DNA from: Armatimonadota bacterium
GTDB lineage: Bacteria; Armatimonadota; UBA5829
Reading direction: 5' to 3'
DNA: 64,000 bases
Assembly: GCA_052035525.1 (NCBI GenBank)
Contig: JBPOHN010000035.1
Span: forward strand, 7,135-71,134
Shown: positions 53,080-61,498 of the stretch, piece by piece
Numbering within the stretch: the first letter of the stretch is position 1
Layout of the letters: the number at the start of each line of letters is the position of its first letter
Translations under genes and position numbers: made by a program
Notes under the pieces: model-generated
What the model was told of the DNA's origin: nothing
The model's database searches: none
The model's input: the letters and a program-made list of their open reading frames with translations, nothing else

Positions 53080-53871
53080 ATGCCCGTTCGGTGCTATGAT
53101 GACCTTGTAAGCCGGATGCAGAGGATCGCGCGCTCGCCCACCGTCGAGCTTGAGCAGATAGGCGAGTTCGAGGCCAACTCGCGCACATATCCGATGTATC
53201 TGATGCGGATGGGTAATCCGGCGCCGGACAAGGTGTCAGTGCTGATCAACGCGGGCATCCACGGCGATGAGCCCGCCGGCGTGGAGGCTGCTCTCAGGTT
53301 CCTGGAGACGAACTCGGACAACAGGGACCTGCTGTCCCGCTTCAGCTTTGTCGTCTTCCCCTGCAACAACCCCACCGGCTGGGAACTCGACACAAGGGAG
53401 AACTGGGCGGGAATCGACCTCAACCGCGAGTTCAACACCCGAAAACCGCCCCCGGAGGCCGCCATCATATCGGACGCTCTCCAGGGCAGATGCTTCGACG
53501 TCGTCTTCGAAATGCACGAGGATGTGGACTCGCCGGGGCTGTATCTTTACGAGATCGCAGAGGATTCATCGCGCTTTATCGGGCACGAGATCATATCCGC
53601 CGCCGCCGCGCTCGATTGCCCGATCAATCGTGAGGAATGCATCGAGGGAATGAGCGCCAGAGGCGGCCTGATCCGCCGGAAAGCCGTCCGATTCCGCAAG
53701 ACGCGCCTGCCTCTGGCCATCTTTGTCTATCGCACTTGTGGAGGGCACGTCATCACGCTGGAGCCGCCTGCTTCCAGGCTTTCGTTCGAGAAGCGCGTGG
53801 AGATACAGCTTACTGCGCTCCGGATACTGCTCGACTCCGCCGCCACAAACCGAAGAACATCGCAAAGTTGA
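53080..53871 (+). CDS. M14-family zinc carboxypeptidase-like protein
   Basis: Motifs GIHGDEPAG (HxxE), DLNREF and EMHED. The start is 3 nt after the uxaC-like stop. Confidence 0.65.
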   Translation: MPVRCYDDLVSRMQRIARSPTVELEQIGEFEANSRTYPMYLMRMGNPAPDKVSVLINAGIHGDEPAGVEAALRFLETNSDNRDLLSRFSFVVFPCNNPTGWELDTRENWAGIDLNREFNTRKPPPEAAIISDALQGRCFDVVFEMHEDVDSPGLYLYEIAEDSSRFIGHEIISAAAALDCPINREECIEGMSARGGLIRRKAVRFRKTRLPLAIFVYRTCGGHVITLEPPASRLSFEKRVEIQLTALRILLDSAATNRRTSQS

Positions 53872-55012
53872 GCGCGGCCAGAACGAAGCAAATCCACGAA
53901 GCGTTCCGCAACCCCACGAGGTCCGCAGCCTGGCCTATAAGAGGCGGCAAGAATGCAGCTCCCACGCCTCCCGCCGCGACCACAACCGCCAGCACCGCAC
54001 CAGACTGCATCGGGTGCGCCGCTCCCGCGCGGCTTACAATCGTCGGCCACACCGGCCCGAGAGTGTAGCCGAGCAGTATCACCGCCGCGAGTCCGAGTCC
54101 GGGGCTCCTGCTGAGCAGCAGAATGGCCTCGAAGATGGCTGCGGCCCCCATGCACCACGTGATCAGAGCATAGTCGGAGACGTGCCTCGACAGCCAGACC
54201 GCGGTAACCCTTCCCAGTCCGATACTCGCCCAGAAGATCGCAACAGTTGCGGCTGCCAGAGGCCCCGCGGATTTCAGGTCCTGCTTGAAGTAAACTGCCA
54301 GCCAGCTCTCCTGGCCGGTCTCAGCGCCTACATACAGCAGAATGCCAAGGGCTAGCAGAAGCACAAGCCTGTCCTGCAGAAGTGTCTTCCAATCGCCGTC
54401 GTGCGCGTGCGCAAGCGGTGTCTCCTCACTTCGGGCTAGTGATACAAGACAGATAACCGCGGCCACCGCGCAGGCGCTTGCTGTCCCGATGAACGCCCAT
54501 CGCCAGTCGTAACCGGCGGCAAGAAGGCTTGTTGTGGTCACCGGGCCCGCGACAGCGCCGGCCGCAAAGAAGAACTGGGCAACGTTCATCATCGCCGTTC
54601 GTCTGGACCCGCCGAAGATGTCCGCTATCAATGCCATGGCGATCGCTTCGGAGAAACCGCCTCCGGCTCCCATGACAAACGCCGAGGCAAGGGCGTGGTA
54701 GTATAAGGACGCGCGCCCGAACATGGCGCATCCTATCGCCATCAACACGCATCCTGCCGCCAGTACAGGCAGTTTTCCGCGCCTGTCTGCGTATCGTCCG
54801 CCTATCAGCACGCAGGTGAAGAACCCGATCATCCATACGGGGTAGATCAGGCCGAAGTCCGCCTTGGAGTTGTGGCAGAGCTGTGTCAGGATCTCATTCG
54901 CCGCGGCGGGGATTATCGTGACGGTGATAGCAAAGGAGAACAGGCTCGAAAACGCGGACGCAGCCGCAAGCCGTCGAAACCTGGGGGATGTTGTGAGCGG
55001 CGCCTCAGTCAC
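53810..55012 (-). CDS. MFS transporter
   Basis: About 12 TM segments. GGRYADRRGKLPV loop. GTG start. Confidence 0.8.
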   Translation of the reverse strand: MTEAPLTTSPRFRRLAAASAFSSLFSFAITVTIIPAAANEILTQLCHNSKADFGLIYPVWMIGFFTCVLIGGRYADRRGKLPVLAAGCVLMAIGCAMFGRASLYYHALASAFVMGAGGGFSEAIAMALIADIFGGSRRTAMMNVAQFFFAAGAVAGPVTTTSLLAAGYDWRWAFIGTASACAVAAVICLVSLARSEETPLAHAHDGDWKTLLQDRLVLLLALGILLYVGAETGQESWLAVYFKQDLKSAGPLAAATVAIFWASIGLGRVTAVWLSRHVSDYALITWCMGAAAIFEAILLLSRSPGLGLAAVILLGYTLGPVWPTIVSRAGAAHPMQSGAVLAVVVAAGGVGAAFLPPLIGQAADLVGLRNASWICFVLAALNFAMFFGLWRRSRAVSGAQ

Positions 55013-55154
55013 TGTCGATGGTCGCTCGCAGTTGTTCGATCAGCACCGGCAAGTCATCGAGGTCCGCCCTGGTCCGATCGCTGGCGAATGCGATAGCTAT
55101 CTGGGCGGAATCAAGCATGTGGCGGAGCCGGATCAGATCGGCGTCAGGCAGCAT
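55005..55154 (-). pseudogene. Internally deleted HepT (DUF86/HEPN) toxin remnant, 49 codons
   Basis: Hand-translated as MLPDADLIRLRHMLDSAQIAIAFASDRTRADLDDLPVLIEQLRATIDSD. It keeps the DUF86 N-terminus and the C-terminal DLPxL..Q..I helix but lacks the central Rx4HxY core. The ATG overlaps the MNT stop (ATGCTGCCTGA). Confidence 0.5.
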
Positions 55155-55449
55155 ACTGCACCTCTGCCTCGGCCACGACCTGATCCCGGAAACACCTACC
55201 CCGGTCGTTAGCTGTCCTCAAATCGACCTTTCGACCGATGCCCCCCGATAACTCAATCTCCATACCGGCCATCCGGAGTAGCCCAACCGGGTGGCCGGGC
55301 TCGAACTCGACCAGCACGTCCACATCAGAGTCATCCCTAAAATCATCGCGCAGCACTGAACCAAAGAACGCCAGCTTACGGATGTGGTTCCGGCGAGAGA
55401 AATTCGCGATCTGCTGCCTGTCAACTCTGATCATAGCACTCCTTACCAT
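55144..55449 (-). CDS. Minimal nucleotidyltransferase (MNT-type antitoxin)
   Basis: NTase motif FFGSVLRDDFRDDSDVDVLVEF. Confidence 0.75.
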   Translation of the reverse strand: MVRSAMIRVDRQQIANFSRRNHIRKLAFFGSVLRDDFRDDSDVDVLVEFEPGHPVGLLRMAGMEIELSGGIGRKVDLRTANDRGRCFRDQVVAEAEVQYAA

Positions 55450-55501
55450 TCACCTCAGAACGGTTCGATACATCCGAGCTCCTTTCCTCTAGCCGGATGT
55501 G

Positions 55502-57430
55502 CTATCTCACCGCATAGACATCCACACCGCAGGATATGTAAAGCTCACCATTCGGCCCGACAGCCACGTTGTGCACGTTTTCGGGCGCCTCCACAACAAC
55601 CGAAGTCTCACCGGTGCGCATATCCAGCCGCACGACCGACTTTCCGCTGCCGTATACTACCGAACCGTCGCCCGGCACTGCTACGGAGCGTCCACCAACC
55701 TTGGCGGCGCCATCGAGGTCCTTGACGAACCCTCGAACCTTGCTATCGAACAACATCGGCTTACCGCCGACCGCCAGGAAAACCCGCCTGGACTGCTGAT
55801 CGTAGGCCAGCACTCGCACGCCGGCATAGCCCTCGAACTCGTGTTGAAACACCGTGTCCTTCGTCTTCGGATCGACTATCCCAAAGCGCGCCCACTCGCC
55901 CTTCTTGTGGGGTAGACCGTTTCCAGACAGGCTGGTACCGACAAAGATGGCATCATCGGCGCGAAGCACCCCCGTAACCGCCTGCTCCCCGAGCGGGTTC
56001 TCGATCAGCTCCGTGTCCCCGGTCTTCGGGTCCGTTATGGACACCGCGCCGCCATACGTGCCGTATTGAGCCAGCCATCCCGCATACAGCTTGCCGTCCG
56101 GGCCCACCGAAACCCCCGCCTCAGGCCGGATATACTTGCTCCCGACCTTCTTGATCACAACCGGGTTCCTCTTTCCCACCTGGTCCCACGGCTGCGCGGG
56201 ATCATACCGCACGATGTCGCCGCCGGCATACGCAACTGCGTAGACCTTGCCATCTACAAACGCTACATCATACACTTCCCCGCCGGAATCGCTCACGGCG
56301 CCGGTGTTCACTGCCTTCCGGGTTTTCGGGTTCATGTGCCACAGCGTCTGCCCGAATGTCGGTCCGCCCCACAGGGTGCCATCCGGTCCCACCCGCAGGA
56401 AATGCGTGTCCCGCGGCCCGGACTCCGCGGGTATAGGCCTTAGCTTGATCTCCTTGTCGCCCGGCCTGATAACGAAGTAGTCCTGACCTCGCAGGCCGAG
56501 CAGATCGCCATTCGACGCCGCCCCGCGCAATCCTCCGCGCAATAGGTCCAGGTCGCATGCAACCTTGATCTCCTTATCGCCCTTCGTGTAGCTGTAGACC
56601 GTCTCACCCTGGCGCATATACACGGTGTCGGGCGTCGTCAGACTGATGTCAAACAACCACGCGCCCTTGTCCGGCGGCGGAGTGGGCCAGGGAATCGGCT
56701 TGACTTCCGTCAGTTCCTTGCCCTCGAACACCTGCCTTCCCGCAATGAAGTAACCATTCCACACAGCTCCCCGCACGCCGCCGCTCACCGCGGGCGGGGC
56801 TGGGCGAAACTTCTTCGTCGCGGGATCATACAGCAGCGTGGTCGGCTTTTCGGTATTGAAGAAGCAGAGGATATCCCCGGACGGGGTCGGAGAAACGTAG
56901 CGGAGGTAGAGGTTCGGAGGGGCCGGCGCGCCGCAGTCCTCGACCTCGTATGTCGTCAGATCGAGTGCCCCCAGCTTCCCACCGGGATACGTGCCCCCGT
57001 AGATCCTCCCATCAGAGCCCATCGCCATGGTCCAGATGTAGGTCTCCCCCGGGAAGTCCGCCACCTTCACGAACTCCATCTTCTTCAGATCGAATATCAT
57101 GAAGACGCCATCGTAGAACGTGCTGACGACGAGCCTGTCACCAGGTATCTCATTGAGGCCCCACGCGCCCGCGCCTGCAGGAGCACGATACACCTTCGCG
57201 GTGTCGTTCTGATAGTCTACGAAAATCAGTTCCGCGCCCGAGTTCTCGTTCATATTCGATAGCACGAGCATCTCCCGGCCCGTCGCTCTGTCTTTGACCA
57301 TCAGGCACGCCAGGACGTTCTTGGCGCGACATGGCTGCCCCAGCAGCTCCAGCCTGGCGGCATCAGCGCCTCCATTTACACCTGCGATGGCAAGTCCGGC
57401 AATCAGCATGGCTAGCAGCTTCCCCCACAT
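55502..57430 (-). CDS. Secreted beta-propeller repeat protein, function unknown
   Basis: Signal peptide present. Recurrent ~45-aa units with DG.(I/L)Y.G and VY(A/S) patterns. Confidence 0.55.
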   Translation of the reverse strand: MWGKLLAMLIAGLAIAGVNGGADAARLELLGQPCRAKNVLACLMVKDRATGREMLVLSNMNENSGAELIFVDYQNDTAKVYRAPAGAGAWGLNEIPGDRLVVSTFYDGVFMIFDLKKMEFVKVADFPGETYIWTMAMGSDGRIYGGTYPGGKLGALDLTTYEVEDCGAPAPPNLYLRYVSPTPSGDILCFFNTEKPTTLLYDPATKKFRPAPPAVSGGVRGAVWNGYFIAGRQVFEGKELTEVKPIPWPTPPPDKGAWLFDISLTTPDTVYMRQGETVYSYTKGDKEIKVACDLDLLRGGLRGAASNGDLLGLRGQDYFVIRPGDKEIKLRPIPAESGPRDTHFLRVGPDGTLWGGPTFGQTLWHMNPKTRKAVNTGAVSDSGGEVYDVAFVDGKVYAVAYAGGDIVRYDPAQPWDQVGKRNPVVIKKVGSKYIRPEAGVSVGPDGKLYAGWLAQYGTYGGAVSITDPKTGDTELIENPLGEQAVTGVLRADDAIFVGTSLSGNGLPHKKGEWARFGIVDPKTKDTVFQHEFEGYAGVRVLAYDQQSRRVFLAVGGKPMLFDSKVRGFVKDLDGAAKVGGRSVAVPGDGSVVYGSGKSVVRLDMRTGETSVVVEAPENVHNVAVGPNGELYISCGVDVYAVR

Positions 57431-57576
57431 CTTTGTGTACCCCCACTTATCGTAGCGCTATGGTAACTGAAATCCTGGTTGGCGTAAAGGCCTGGTGTTC
57501 GGCATACTCCGTGCGCGCAGTTGTGGAAATGGGCATAAGGAGTCATGCCGGACCGCCAGGTGGGAGATGACCAGAG

Positions 57577-58692
57577 ATGATCGTGGGGATACCGAAGGAG
57601 ATCAAAGAGCGTGAATACCGCGTCTCGGTAGTGCCTGCCATAGTAGCGTCGCTTGTCAAAGAAGGCCATAGGGTCATAGTCGAGACTGGAGCAGGGCGCG
57701 GGAGCGGAATAGAGAATGACGACTACAAGCATGCCGGCGCGGAGATCGTCTGCTCGGCCGAAGAGGTCTTCGGCGAGGCGGACATGATCGTCAAGGTCAA
57801 GGAGCCGCTTCCCCCGGAGTATTCGCTGATCCGCGAAGGTCAGGTCGTCTTCACCTACTTCCACTTCGCCGCCAGCGAGGAACTGACTCGCGCGATGGTC
57901 GCAGCCAAGTCCATTTGCATCGCCTACGAGACGATAGAGGAAAATGATGGCTCCTTGCCGCTGCTCATTCCTATGAGCGAGGTCGCGGGCCGGATGGCGA
58001 TCCAAGAGGGCGCTAAGTATCTGGAGCGCCCGATGGAAGGCAGGGGAATCCTTCTTGGCGGCGTCCCTGGAGTTGACCCCGGCAACGTGGCAATCCTCGG
58101 AGGAGGGGTTTCCGGCGCAAGTGCTGCCCGCGTGGCTGCGGGACTCGGCGCGCAGGTCGTGGTACTCGATATCAACCTTGACAGGCTGCGCTACCTCTCG
58201 GACGTGATGCCCGCCAACGTCACCACCCTCATGTCCAACAGCTACAACGTCCGCGCCGCTCTCAGGAACGCCGATCTCGTCGTTGGAGCCGTCCTTCGCC
58301 CCGGAGCGAAGACACCCGTGCTGGTGACTCGTGATATGCTCAAGCTGATGAAGCCGCGAGCGGTTGTCGTAGATGTCGCGGTCGATCAGGGCGGCTGCTT
58401 CGAGACGACCCGGCCGACCACGCACTCCAAGCCCGTCTATATGGAGGAAGGCATCGTCCACTACTGCGTCACCAATATGCCCGGCGCGGTTGCGGGAACC
58501 TCCACCTATGCGCTCACAAACGCTACGGGCACATACGTCCTTCAGCTCGCCAACAAAGGATGGCAGCAGGCCCTGCGTGAGAGCGCTCCGCTGCGCAGAG
58601 GACTGAACGTAGCGTATGGCAAGGTGACGCTTGAGTCCATAGCGGAGCAGTTTGGCTACGAGTTCACAGAGGCCAGCTCCGTCATAGCCTAG
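57577..58692 (+). CDS. ald: Alanine dehydrogenase
   Basis: MIVGIPKEIKEREYRVS and the Rossmann motif ILGGGVSG. Confidence 0.9.
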   Translation: MIVGIPKEIKEREYRVSVVPAIVASLVKEGHRVIVETGAGRGSGIENDDYKHAGAEIVCSAEEVFGEADMIVKVKEPLPPEYSLIREGQVVFTYFHFAASEELTRAMVAAKSICIAYETIEENDGSLPLLIPMSEVAGRMAIQEGAKYLERPMEGRGILLGGVPGVDPGNVAILGGGVSGASAARVAAGLGAQVVVLDINLDRLRYLSDVMPANVTTLMSNSYNVRAALRNADLVVGAVLRPGAKTPVLVTRDMLKLMKPRAVVVDVAVDQGGCFETTRPTTHSKPVYMEEGIVHYCVTNMPGAVAGTSTYALTNATGTYVLQLANKGWQQALRESAPLRRGLNVAYGKVTLESIAEQFGYEFTEASSVIA

Positions 58693-58727
58693 CAGGCGGA
58701 ACGCAAGGTCCGAATAACCTCCCCCGG

Positions 58728-58808
58728 CCCCTCCTTCGTAAGGAGGGGAGAACCGAGATTTCCCTTAAGTAAGAGGAGACAATCTTAGCTCCCGCCTTGC
58801 GAAGGGGG
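58728..58808. repeat. Intergenic array of three G/C-stem hairpin units (30-33 bp period)
   Basis: CCCCTCC-TTCGTAA-GGAGGGG (58728-58748), a degenerate TCCCTTAAGTAAGAGGA (58761-58777), and CCCGCC-TTGCGAA-GGGGG (58791-58808). Confidence 0.7.
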
Positions 58809-58993
58809 ATGAAGGGGGGTTCCCGCAAGCTGCCATTACGTTCCCCGTGGAAGCTCCTCCATAGGTAATGGCCATTCATCGTTGGACGTATTACACTTGG
58901 ATCACATTCCGCGCGGGTGGATTCGGCTGCGCAGCTTCGGATCGATTCGAGGGCGGAGGCCTGGCAACCAATCTCTAAGAATTTCTGCTGATC

Positions 58994-59005
58994 TGACCCA
59001 GGTCA
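58994..59005. promoter_or_regulatory. Candidate CRP/FNR-family (HcpR-like) operator upstream of hcp
   Basis: Palindrome TGACC-CA-GGTCA. Its centre is 41.5 nt upstream of the TSS predicted from the -10-like TAGACT (59029-59034). Confidence 0.35.
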
Positions 59006-59079
59006 AAAAACTGTGCGTTTCGATAAGGTAGACTCTGGTTATAGAGATTTAACAACCTCATCAATAGGAGACAGGATCA

Positions 59080-60744
59080 ATGAGTATGTTCTGCTATCAG
59101 TGTGAGCAAACCGCCAAGGGGACCGGATGCACCATTCAAGGCGTCTGCGGCAAGGACGCAACGACGGCAGCGATGCAGGATCTGCTGCTATTCGCCGCGG
59201 AGGGCATCTCTCAGTATGCCCATCGGGCCGCACAGCTCGGCTCACGCGACCGTGATGTTGATGTGTTCGTCGTTGAGGCGCTTTTCACCACGGTAACCAA
59301 CGTCGATTTCGACCCGGCGAGGCTGCAGGAACTGCTGCTTGACGGGGCCGATATGCGCGACAGGGCCAAGATGCTCTACGAGGCCGCTTGTGTCAAGGCC
59401 GGCAAGACCCCGGAGGCGCTGACGGGCCCGGCTCTCTGGAACCCTGAAAGCAGCATCGAAGGGCTGGCCGCGCAGGGCGCGGAAGTCACCATCCTGAACC
59501 GCAAGGCGGCGCTCGGCGACACGATTGCCGGTCTGCAGGATCTGGTGACCTACGGCCTCAAGGGCGCCGCGGCTTACGCTGATCACGCGCACATACTCGG
59601 CAAGGACAGTGACGAAGTCTACGCCACATTCCATGAGGGCCTCGACTTCCTCACGAAACCGAACCCGACTGTCGATGAGCTTCTCGGCTGGGCGCTGAAG
59701 GTCGGCGAGCTGAACATGAAGGTAATGGAGCTTCTGGATGCCGCCAACACTGGCGCGTATGGCCATCCGGTGCCGACTCAGGTGCGTGTCGAGCCCGTCA
59801 AGGGCAAGGCGATCGTCGTCTCGGGCCACGATCTGCTCGACCTCGAGGAGCTTCTGAAGCAGACGGAGGGCAAGGGGATCAACGTCTACACCCACGGCGA
59901 GATGCTTCCGGCGCACGGCTATCCCGAGCTTAAGAAGTATAAGCACCTCGTAGGCAACTATGGCGGCGCTTGGCAGGACCAGGTCAAGGAGTTCGACGCA
60001 TTCCCTGGCGCTATCCTGATGACCACCAACTGCATCCAGAGGCCGCGCGAGAGCTACAAGGGCCGCATATTCACCACGGGCCTCGTTGCGATGCCGGGCG
60101 TGGAGCACGTCAGCCGCAAGGACTTCTCGCCGGTGATCCAGGCCGCTCTTGCCGCCGATGGCTTCGCCGAGGACGGCGCGGACAAGACGATCACGGTCGG
60201 GTTCGGACACGAGACCGTCATGGGCGTCGCGGGTGCAGTCATCGATGCGGTCAAGACCGGCGCTATCAAGCACTTCTTCCTGATCGGTGGATGCGACGGC
60301 GCGAAGCCGGGCCGCAACTACTACACCGAGTTCGCTCAGAAGGTGCCCGAGGACTGCGTGATCTTGACGCTCGCGTGCGGGAAGTATCGGTTCAACAAGC
60401 TCGATTTCGGCACCATCGGCGGAATCCCGAGGCTGCTCGACATCGGCCAGTGCAACGATGCCTATTCCGCGATCCAGATAGCGGTTGCGCTTGCGAAGGC
60501 GTTCGGGGTCGGCGTGAACGACCTGCCGCTGTCGCTGGTCCTGAGTTGGTATGAGCAGAAGGCGGTTGCGATTCTATTGACGCTGCTCTACCTGGGCATC
60601 AAGAACATCCGCCTCGGCCCGAGCCTGCCGGTGTTCATTACTCCGGACGTGCTCAATGTGCTTGTGGAGAAGTTCGAGATCAAGCCGATCACAACTCCGG
60701 ACGAGGATCTGAAGGCGATCCTCGGCGAGCCCGTCGCGGCCTAG
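59080..60744 (+). CDS. hcp: Hydroxylamine reductase / hybrid-cluster protein
   Basis: N-terminal Cys motif CYQCEQTAKGTGCTIQGVCGK, with family-typical length. Confidence 0.9.
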   Translation: MSMFCYQCEQTAKGTGCTIQGVCGKDATTAAMQDLLLFAAEGISQYAHRAAQLGSRDRDVDVFVVEALFTTVTNVDFDPARLQELLLDGADMRDRAKMLYEAACVKAGKTPEALTGPALWNPESSIEGLAAQGAEVTILNRKAALGDTIAGLQDLVTYGLKGAAAYADHAHILGKDSDEVYATFHEGLDFLTKPNPTVDELLGWALKVGELNMKVMELLDAANTGAYGHPVPTQVRVEPVKGKAIVVSGHDLLDLEELLKQTEGKGINVYTHGEMLPAHGYPELKKYKHLVGNYGGAWQDQVKEFDAFPGAILMTTNCIQRPRESYKGRIFTTGLVAMPGVEHVSRKDFSPVIQAALAADGFAEDGADKTITVGFGHETVMGVAGAVIDAVKTGAIKHFFLIGGCDGAKPGRNYYTEFAQKVPEDCVILTLACGKYRFNKLDFGTIGGIPRLLDIGQCNDAYSAIQIAVALAKAFGVGVNDLPLSLVLSWYEQKAVAILLTLLYLGIKNIRLGPSLPVFITPDVLNVLVEKFEIKPITTPDEDLKAILGEPVAA

Positions 60745-60822
60745 CTAACAAACGTAGATCGTCCGAGGTCTGTAACCCCGGACGCGGTTCCAGGGGTCTG
60801 TGGCCCCTCCCTCCCATCACCA

Positions 60823-60853
60823 GGCGCGGTCTTTACGAAGACCGCGCCTTTCT
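60823..60853 (+). terminator. Rho-independent terminator after hcp
   Basis: GGCGCGGTCTT-TACG-AAGACCGCGCC followed by TTTC. Confidence 0.65.
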
Positions 60854-60915
60854 CATCATAGCTTGGTCGGGTGTGGGAGCGTTTGACGCCGCTCGGCGCT
60901 GCGTACAACCACCCT

Positions 60916-61434
60916 ATGAGGAAGTATGACGAACCGGGGTTGGTGGAGGCGGTGATAGAGATCCCTGCCGGCGCGCGCAATAAGTATGAGTACGATGCCG
61001 AGCGCCGGGTCTTCCGGCTCGACCGCGTCCTTTACTCCTCCGTGCACTATCCGACCGACTACGGCTTCATCCCGAACACGCTCGCGGAGGACGGCGATCA
61101 TCTGGACATACTGGTGATCGTCGGGGAGCCCACATTCCCCGGCTGCCACGTGCCCGCGAGGCCGATCGGGGTGCTGGATATGATGGACGTGAACGGCGAG
61201 GACCAGAAGATTCTGGCGGTGCCGGTTGGCGACCCGCGGTTCGCTGAGGTGCGGGATATCGACGACCTATCGCCGCACTGGCTGCGCGAGATCGAGAACT
61301 TCTTTGCGACCTACAAGACCCTGGAGGACGTCGCAACCACCATGCGCGGGTGGGACCACCGGGACCGCGCGCTCCAGATCATATCAGAATGCACCGCCCG
61401 CTGCGCCGCAGCGACCGCGTGCCCCAAGACCTAA
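60916..61434 (+). CDS. ppa: Inorganic pyrophosphatase (family I)
   Basis: Motifs EIPAGARNKYEYD, YPTDYGFIP and DGDHLDILV. The Met at 60916 is preferred. Confidence 0.9.
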   Translation: MRKYDEPGLVEAVIEIPAGARNKYEYDAERRVFRLDRVLYSSVHYPTDYGFIPNTLAEDGDHLDILVIVGEPTFPGCHVPARPIGVLDMMDVNGEDQKILAVPVGDPRFAEVRDIDDLSPHWLREIENFFATYKTLEDVATTMRGWDHRDRALQIISECTARCAAATACPKT

Positions 61435-61453
61435 CATCTCCCGTTCCCACACC

Positions 61454-61462
61454 TGTTATAAT
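61454..61462 (+). promoter_or_regulatory. Extended -10 promoter element for engB
   Basis: TGTTATAAT lies 20 nt after the ppa stop and about 37 nt before the engB GTG. Confidence 0.4.
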
Positions 61463-61498
61463 AGAGCCGCTGCAGCAGCCAGCACGGGAGAGACTACA

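Noticed and set aside
57412-58461. 349-aa minus-strand ORF antisense to alanine dehydrogenase
   Set aside because: The ald frame is unambiguous. The antisense translation has no motifs.
59242-60273. 343-aa minus-strand ORF antisense to hcp; the same applies to 36454..37542 antisense to the Lon-like gene and 63344..63955 antisense to topA
   Set aside because: All lie opposite genes with diagnostic motifs and show the Arg/Leu/Val-rich antisense composition.
61226-61498. Track start of the engB ORF, 273 nt upstream and overlapping ppa
   Set aside because: The extension is Arg/Pro/Thr-rich, is out of frame with ppa and has no homology signal. A GTG at 61499 with GGGAGAG upstream and a TGTTATAAT promoter element gives a normal-length EngB.
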